A stretch of DNA of 64,000 nucleotides, from assembly GCA_009103225.1 (NCBI GenBank), contig RHPI01003079.1, positions 176,029 through 240,028 of the forward strand. Direction: 5' to 3'. Below the pieces are notes generated by a model, which saw nothing but the letters and a program-made list of their open reading frames with translations, was not told the origin of the DNA and searched no databases. Position numbers and translations under genes: made by a program. Shown here piece after piece: positions 58,901 to 64,000 of the stretch. The stretch is from Chlorokybus atmophyticus (lineage: Eukaryota > Plantae > Mesostigma and Chlorokybus algae). The number at the start of each line of letters is the position of its first letter. Position 1 is the stretch's first letter.

Positions 58901-59446
58901 TGGTTAGAGGCGATCCACAAAACAGTGTGGAAGAAGATTGCCACGCCACGAGATACCATGCCCACAGTCGATGCACTATGGCTGCATGCACTTCGCTCGG
59001 TGTATGCAGTGCAGATGTGGATGCAGAGCTGCAATGGTGACATGCACATGCCTGACTTGTCTGATTATGGTTTCACTGAGGTCGATGGGTTATGGACTGC
59101 TGTCAAAAATCTGCCAGAAAACATGGTGGAGGCGAAAGCTAGGAGGCAATTGCTGATGAAGGGTTGTGGATGCAAGACTAAACAATGTATCAGCAAGAGA
59201 TGCAAGTGTCGCAAGGCAGGACAAGCATGCACCGACAGCTGTTCGTGTTTGGGATGTGACAACCACGGCAATCACGTGGACGAGGACGCTAGTGCAGCTC
59301 CTAGTTGCCACACAACACCCCCCCCGCCCGTGGTCAACCCAACAGCCAAACAGTCAACACAGGCAATGGACAACGATTATCCAGATTCTGTCAACTCAGA
59401 CAGTGATGAGGAAGACCTCACCATGATGGATATGGACGACGTCTAG
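52920..59446 (+). pseudogene. A2 gene 1: coiled coil + putative Academ DDE transposase + XPG/FEN1-like nuclease + Cys8 finger
   Basis: ASIDNLNI, VTRNLKT (probably VTGDLKT), PFPGDFHVLMN, LDEAHECQVNRDMK; VQVVFDTP, CNHGEADSRVWVHA, SPD(T)DV, TGCDYTSFIGGISK; CGCKTKQCISKRCKCRKAGQACTDSCSCLGCDN; stops at 57025-57027 and 58117-58119, 2-bp deletion near 58428. Confidence 0.87.
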
Positions 59447-59546
59447 GGCGGCCTGCTACTCTCGCAGAAGGCGACGCGAGCAGCAAGTTCTACCATAGCC
59501 ACGCCCCACTGCACCTCACCCGACCCGCCCAACCTTCGGCAACCCA

Positions 59547-61535
59547 ATGTACTGCACCTGTCAACGCCGCCGCCACCGGCAGCATCCTCTTCCGCAACCT
59601 CCTCCGCAACCGCCGCCGCCTCCGCCGGATGCCCAAACCGCAGACACACAACCACATCAACATAAGGTGCCGGCACCGCCGCCGCCACCGGCAGCTTGCT
59701 CCCCCGCCTCTGCCTACACCGCCGCCCCCGCCAGCCTCGAGAAGAAATCTGTGCTGGCTGGTATGTAGCAAGCGCATTTTTTTAGGGTTTGCAACGCGTG
59801 TTTCTAGGGTAGTGCAGCTCAGCAACATGTGTGTTACATTGCAAGGCGGCGGAGTTGGCGGAGTGCGGTGGCACCAACACGGAGACGGCGGGCACGGTCA
59901 AGAAGGTCATGGTTTGTGACGTGTGCCATTCCTACGTCGTCAACAACGGTCAGCGTTCGCGCCTTCAGAAACATCAGGCTCAGTGCAAGGCGTACCAGGA
60001 GCGCTTTGAATACACTGCCGCATGCTGGCATCACCACGCTGCAGGTCATCACATCCTGCACTGCCGAGTGAAGCTTAGGTGTGCGCAACCAGTGTTTTTT
60101 AATATGCAATGCGCATGCCATCAGTGCGAAAGCTCTCTGTTTGAATGGCACGGCCTACCCATGCGATACATGCCTTACGTCCGCCCCACCACCATGATCG
60201 AAGGGATGCAATGCCGCCTGCTGGCGGTGAGTGGCACAGATGGCACTGATAATACTGCACGCATTTGTGCCAACACTAATACTGTATATACAACTTGTGC
60301 GCCAGGGCCAGCGCGCGTGCGCTGCGGACGCGGTGACGCGGTGACCGTTGTCATGCTGCCAGAGATAACGGCTGTTGCATCAGAATTCCTCGAGGTTGGT
60401 GTTTCAACGTGAACGTGCATCACACCTAGTGCATTACACAACAGCATTGTAATTGTGGACAACCAGACTGAACGAGAAGGAACCGATGCCGCCAGCGTGC
60501 TGCGCAAGCGTTGCGCGCGCGGGGATGATGCATTGGAGGGCCTCGATGTACTGGTGTACTGGCCGATGGACGAGACTTGGTATACCGGAGTCGTCTACAT
60601 TTACAACCCACGCAATGGTGAGTTATCACGGTCAAGAGCATTCACACGTGACACCGGCCATGGACTCAACGTAGCGCACTGCAATTGCAGGGCGCCACAG
60701 TGTGCGCTTTGTCGACGGCGACAAGCAGCATATGAAAATCGACAAGCACAACATGGTGGTTGTGTTCTGGCACCAAGGAGCTCAGTGTTGCCACCGCGTT
60801 GGTGGTCAGCGCGTACCCACTCACCGCAAGATCCCTCCGCCTCTGCCGTGTCTCCCGCTGTGGTCGTCATCAGCGCCATTGCTCAACGTTACCGGCGTTG
60901 ACATCAATCCACAGCCCGAGTACCCGTTCCCCTTCATACAAGCTGATGCCCTGGTAGTCGACCTGGCGCCATACGACCTGATTTGGGCTAGCCCCCCTTG
61001 CCAGGCATATGCCCGATGCATACCAGATTCACAACGTCACCAGCATTCCACACGGTGGAAGCACAGCACACTGCTGCCATCGCTGCGATTGCGCCTTCAT
61101 GAGTCAGGGAAGAACTACATCCTGGAGAACATACCAGATGCTGCATGTCACATGCAGCACAACATGGTGCTGTGCGGCACCATGTTTGGACTGCCAACCT
61201 TCCGGCACAGGCTTTTTGAGACACATCCCAAGATGGTAGCCGACCTGGTGTGCGACCATACGTCCAAGAGTCTAGGTCCACTGTCGGGTCATGTGTCCAG
61301 CACTGCCAGCCGCACACTGAACAGCACTACCCAGCAGATGTACCCCGTGTATGGCTCCGCTGCATCGCGCGGTACCATATCCGGCTGGCAGCAAGCATTA
61401 GGCATTGACTGGATTGATGCTGATGCCACACTCGTCGAATGCATTCCGCCTGCATACTCTGAGTATATTGGGCGGTGCATGTTGCAGGCAATGGGATACA
61501 CATTGAACAGCGGCCCCATATCATGGGGCCGCTGA
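59547..61535 (+). CDS. A2 gene 2: Cys/His domain, Tudor domain, C5 DNMT lacking motif I; start approximate
   Basis: Tudor VLVYWPMDETWYTGVVYIY|RHSVRFVDGD (intron 60618-60690); IWASPPCQ, YILENIP, FRHRLFE, ALGIDW, ECIPPAYSEYIG; open frame from the Tudor 3' exon to the stop. Confidence 0.88.
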
Positions 61536-61807
61536 GTATCAATCCGCATGTCTATTTGTGTTAGTTTACAAGTCAATTTGTACACTGGTGCACTTTGATT
61601 CTCAATGCACATTTCCAGGTCAATATATGGTTGCAACCTTGCATGACCACAACATTGCATTTGCGCTCAAACATCAACGTCAGTTTTCCACTGCCGCTCA
61701 CACACAGCACCAGACATCCTATCTGCACGCCCATGCCGGTCTAACTACACAATGTCACCGTCCAGTTGATGCGGAATAGGGGACATGCATACACTGCGCG
61801 CAGTCAC

Positions 61808-63113
61808 CTAGCGAGCAGACACACACGTTATGTACAAGTAGCTTGTTGCGTACAGTGCACACTGCCTAAGACAACACAGCTGCACTGGCATCCTCATTGC
61901 CCTCCTCGCTGGTGTCACACCCTGCCTGCGATGGAGTCTCTTTGTCGTATGCACCACACCACTGACCCCGTACTCGGACTGGTCAGAGTCAGAGTCAGTG
62001 TCGTCGTCCATGTCTCTGAACACCTGGGTGAGGTCGTCGTGAGCAAGCATCCATTCCACAGGCGTGAGTACATGTGACCCAGGCACACCATGATCAACAT
62101 CACCCATTTAGAAGCGTCTGCGTGTTATATACCCTACCTGTCAAGCACCCTGATCCATATGCCTGGCAGACTGAATCACCACTGTAACCGCAGCTTGCAC
62201 ATCGCATGCGACTCGCAACCCAGGCCATGCGCACGAGACAGATCACAACCCAGCTGGTCGGCATTCCAGTGCATATGCATACATCGATAAGGGGCAGAAT
62301 ACAACTGAGTCTCGTGACACAACACACACCCAATCAATATATACACGCACCACATTAATTACAGTTGCAACACACATACGTGCGCACATACCAGGGTCTG
62401 CAGGCACGACAGGATCCCAACCTCCACCGACAACTGCAGGGGGCGGGTGGGGCAAGTCAGGATTATCTGATTGGGCATCGTCGCCACCCTGCAATGGATG
62501 CATGCTCCACTAACCGATCTCAAACGGGCTCCAATCAGTGTCATGCCACTGCTCAAGCCAATGCCGTCGCCTTCCAGGTCCCACATCACAATCAGTGGCG
62601 ATCACCCAACGTGCCAGCACCACTCCACCCACCACATGCTCCAACACCAGCAGATCACTACTCAAACGCATTGGCCTGCCGCCTGCTCGTCGAACCCTAT
62701 GCAAGCTGTACCCAAACCCAAACCCACCCAAAAGCTCCACGTGCAGCTCCTTGACACCATCGCCAGACTGCACCCCTGATCTAGCAACCTGCAACGGCCA
62801 GCCTAGCAAAACCTACACAAGACCGGGGGACAATATCACATGCCACGCATCCGCCTATACAGAGACCAAAGCAGCACGAAGCTGCACAACGACAAATCAT
62901 GCACATTACTTAACGCTGACTCACCTGCTCGTATGCAGACTGGTAGAATGTGCTACTCCGATGTATATGAGGGAGTGCCCTGCTGTCAGCAATAGTAACT
63001 GCCAAGGGGATGTCGCCGCCCCCGCCGTCGACATCCATCACACCCACCCACCCAACGCAATCGCCGACCCCGCCGCCCACCAGCACCACCCGCCAAGCAA
63101 TGCCCCCATTCAC
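61808..63113 (-). other. Possible third, convergent A2 gene of unknown function
   Basis: Exon-like ORFs 63113-62910, 62809-62510, 62333-62100, 62107-61808 (acidic DMDDDTDSDSD); no recognised domain. Confidence 0.35.
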
Positions 63114-64000
63114 GACCGATATATCAACGCCAAACAGTAGTCAGCACGCTGATATCCACCGGACGGCGGCAACATTCACATCCGACCAACAGCGTCAACC
63201 GCCGTTTACTTAACAGCACCACACGCACCTTCCACCATGCAACAGCGTTAAACATCGCATGAACATGCGTGGACAACAGCGTTGTGTCGACCACTCAACA
63301 CGCTCAGCCGACGCTAATCGATCAGCGCAGACACTAGACAATGCACCGTTGATCACCCGATCAACTACAACCAGGTCAGCGGTGTCAATAAACGTTGCAA
63401 CACCGCCATCCCACGCGTCTCAGCAGACCAACACCAACAGCAGCCGCGCGCACAGCGCTGCCAGGCCTGGCATAAGCTTTGCCCGCCGAGAGGCCTCTGG
63501 CTTTCTGACTGCACCCGGTCGGCACGACACGACGCGACGCGAAAGCCTCGGACACCTGACCCCTAAATTATGTCGTGTCCACGAGGACACAGCGCGATAC
63601 ACATAGGCATCAGGCGTCATCACGCGGCCAAGGCTTGCTTGATGAATAGCAGTATATGACCCCTCGGGCGATCCGACTGTTAACGTGCACCGACTGTCGG
63701 GTATATACCCGTGGATAGCCGCAAATGGTCGGCGGCTGATTGACAGCCGGCCGGCTGTCAATGAAGCTGTAAGGGGCTTTGAATGCAATCAACATACTTC
63801 ATAGTACCGTACGTGTATTTGCCAAAATTTGTGGACATGCACCATTAACATGTTCTATGCGTTTATCTAAGTATCTACGTATACATGAACATTATATATT
63901 TGTATGCTTTAACGCAATATATATCACATATAATATATATATATATAATGTTAGCGTGTGCATAAATAAAATTAATTTATACGCATAGATGCGCAGGTTC

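Larger units (their letters stand above)
52503..63511 (+). mobile_element. A2: second AcademX-like element, 11009 bp, nested near the right end of A1
   Basis: Perfect 21-bp TIRs CAGTCAGAAAGCCAGAGGCCT (52503-52523, 63491-63511); CACC duplication at 52499-52502 and 63512-63515; the TIR aligns with the A1 TIR (CAGTC.GA..GCC.GA). Confidence 0.9.
38007..63679 (+). mobile_element. A1: AcademX-like DNA transposon with a Tudor-DNMT cargo gene; contains C2, a solo LTR and A2
   Basis: TIRs CAGTCGGATCGCCCGA(C/G)GGG, 19/20 match; TTAA duplication at 38003-38006 and 63680-63683; XPG-like + Cys8 gene. Confidence 0.88.
37593..64000. mobile_element. E2: second CACACGG-family element, inverted relative to E1, hosting A1; right end beyond the window
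   Basis: CACACGGCTTAACGTTGAAGGACCATGCATGG; 37593-37900 aligns with the reverse complement of E1 5600-5929; after A1, 63684-63760 aligns with the reverse complement of E1 about 5400-5495, followed by an AT-rich tract like E1 4860-5360. Confidence 0.85.

Overview
Eukaryotic DNA with spliceosomal GT-AG introns, CA/GT microsatellites and one N gap. A green-algal or charophyte-like host is my inference from the element types. The window is almost entirely nested transposable elements, with no clear host housekeeping gene. Left to right: (1) the end of a Tc2/pogo-type element; (2) a non-autonomous CACACGG-ended element (E1, 407-5929, TAA TSD) carrying a tRNA-like sequence and an intact 3-intron pogo transposon; (3) a decayed, intron-rich minus-strand transposase-like gene (about 7.3-13.6 kb); (4) a decayed Ty3/Gypsy (G1, 16029-37592+) encoding a C5 cytosine methyltransferase between protease and RT and a PHD finger after integrase, interrupted by an intact Copia (C1), two solo LTRs and a second DNMT-bearing Gypsy (G2); (5) a second CACACGG element (E2) inserted in the G1 3' LTR and running off the window. 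E2 contains the most interesting system: two related DNA transposons, A1 (38007-63679, TTAA TSD) and A2 (52503-63511, CACC TSD, nested in A1). Both have CAGTC-ended TIRs and encode a coiled-coil + putative DDE + XPG/FEN1-like nuclease + Cys8 protein (the AcademX architecture). Both also carry a second gene fusing an unknown Cys/His domain, a Tudor domain and a bacterial/phage-type C5 DNA methyltransferase unrelated to the Gypsy DNMTs. Both copies are partly pseudogenised. Family assignments come from motif recognition by eye, not database searches.
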